Source of the DNA: Fonticula alba ATCC 38817
Taxonomy: Eukaryota; Protista; Nucleariida
Length of the DNA: 6,718 bases
NCBI GenBank assembly: GCA_000388065.2
Contig: KB932207.1
Reading direction: 5' to 3' (one strand)
Made by a program: the position numbers and the translations under genes. Below, in pieces: positions 6,623 through 6,718 of this stretch. How positions within the stretch are numbered: position 1 is the first letter of the stretch; every line of letters begins with the position of its first letter. The notes beneath the pieces were generated by a model. That model was not told the DNA's origin. It did no database searches and saw only the letters and a list, made by a program, of their open reading frames with translations.

Positions 6623-6718
6623 ATGTCATCCGCCTCGCTCCCGGGGCTCGTCTTCCCTTCGGTTCCGCCGCGCCCGGCGCGCGTGCCCCCGGGGGACCCT
6701 GCCCTGGACATCGGCGGC
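6623..6718 (+). CDS. Possible 5' end of the next gene, truncated by the window (MSSASLPGLVFPSVPPRPARVPPGDPALDIGG); DIGG suggests an ASKHA kinase such as type II pantothenate kinase
   Basis: accATG context, open to the window edge, and ends in ALDIGG. Only six residues are informative. ROK kinases, Ppx/GppA and SAM methyltransferase motif I also fit. Confidence 0.3.
   Translation, partial: MSSASLPGLVFPSVPPRPARVPPGDPALDIGG

Noticed and set aside
1-6718. tRNA, rRNA, snRNA, CRISPR array, transposon or retroelement
   Set aside because: No cloverleaf, rRNA-like motif, repeat-spacer array, terminal repeats or transposase/RT motif seen on either strand. This was by eye; a covariance-model scan was not possible.

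Overview
GC-rich (roughly 70% by eye) eukaryotic genomic DNA with many C/G homopolymers and CT/GT microsatellites. The only firmly recognisable gene is a spliced, + strand Ste12-like (STE-domain) transcription factor. Exon 570-868 joins exon 1421-1733 across a GT-AG intron that rebuilds the conserved Trp codon (TG|G), and a second GTGCGT donor follows at 1734. The domain is clearly divergent from the yeast/Aspergillus type. Its usual C-terminal helix (PHDRLFLDALERDLKRE-like) and any C2H2 zinc fingers cannot be located in the window. The stretch from about 2.2 to 6.6 kb has no recognisable protein and looks like intron, UTR or intergenic sequence; its long ORFs are best explained by GC content. 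It holds three Ste12-type TGAAACR sites, an excess of GCATGC motifs and G-quadruplex-type repeats. A possible next gene starts at 6623 and is cut off at ...ALDIGG. No RNA gene, mobile element or CRISPR array is supported. I see no convincing new biological system. The best leads are the divergent STE factor and its splicing and regulatory features. The organism cannot be identified from sequence alone; an early-branching fungal relative such as Fonticula is only a guess.
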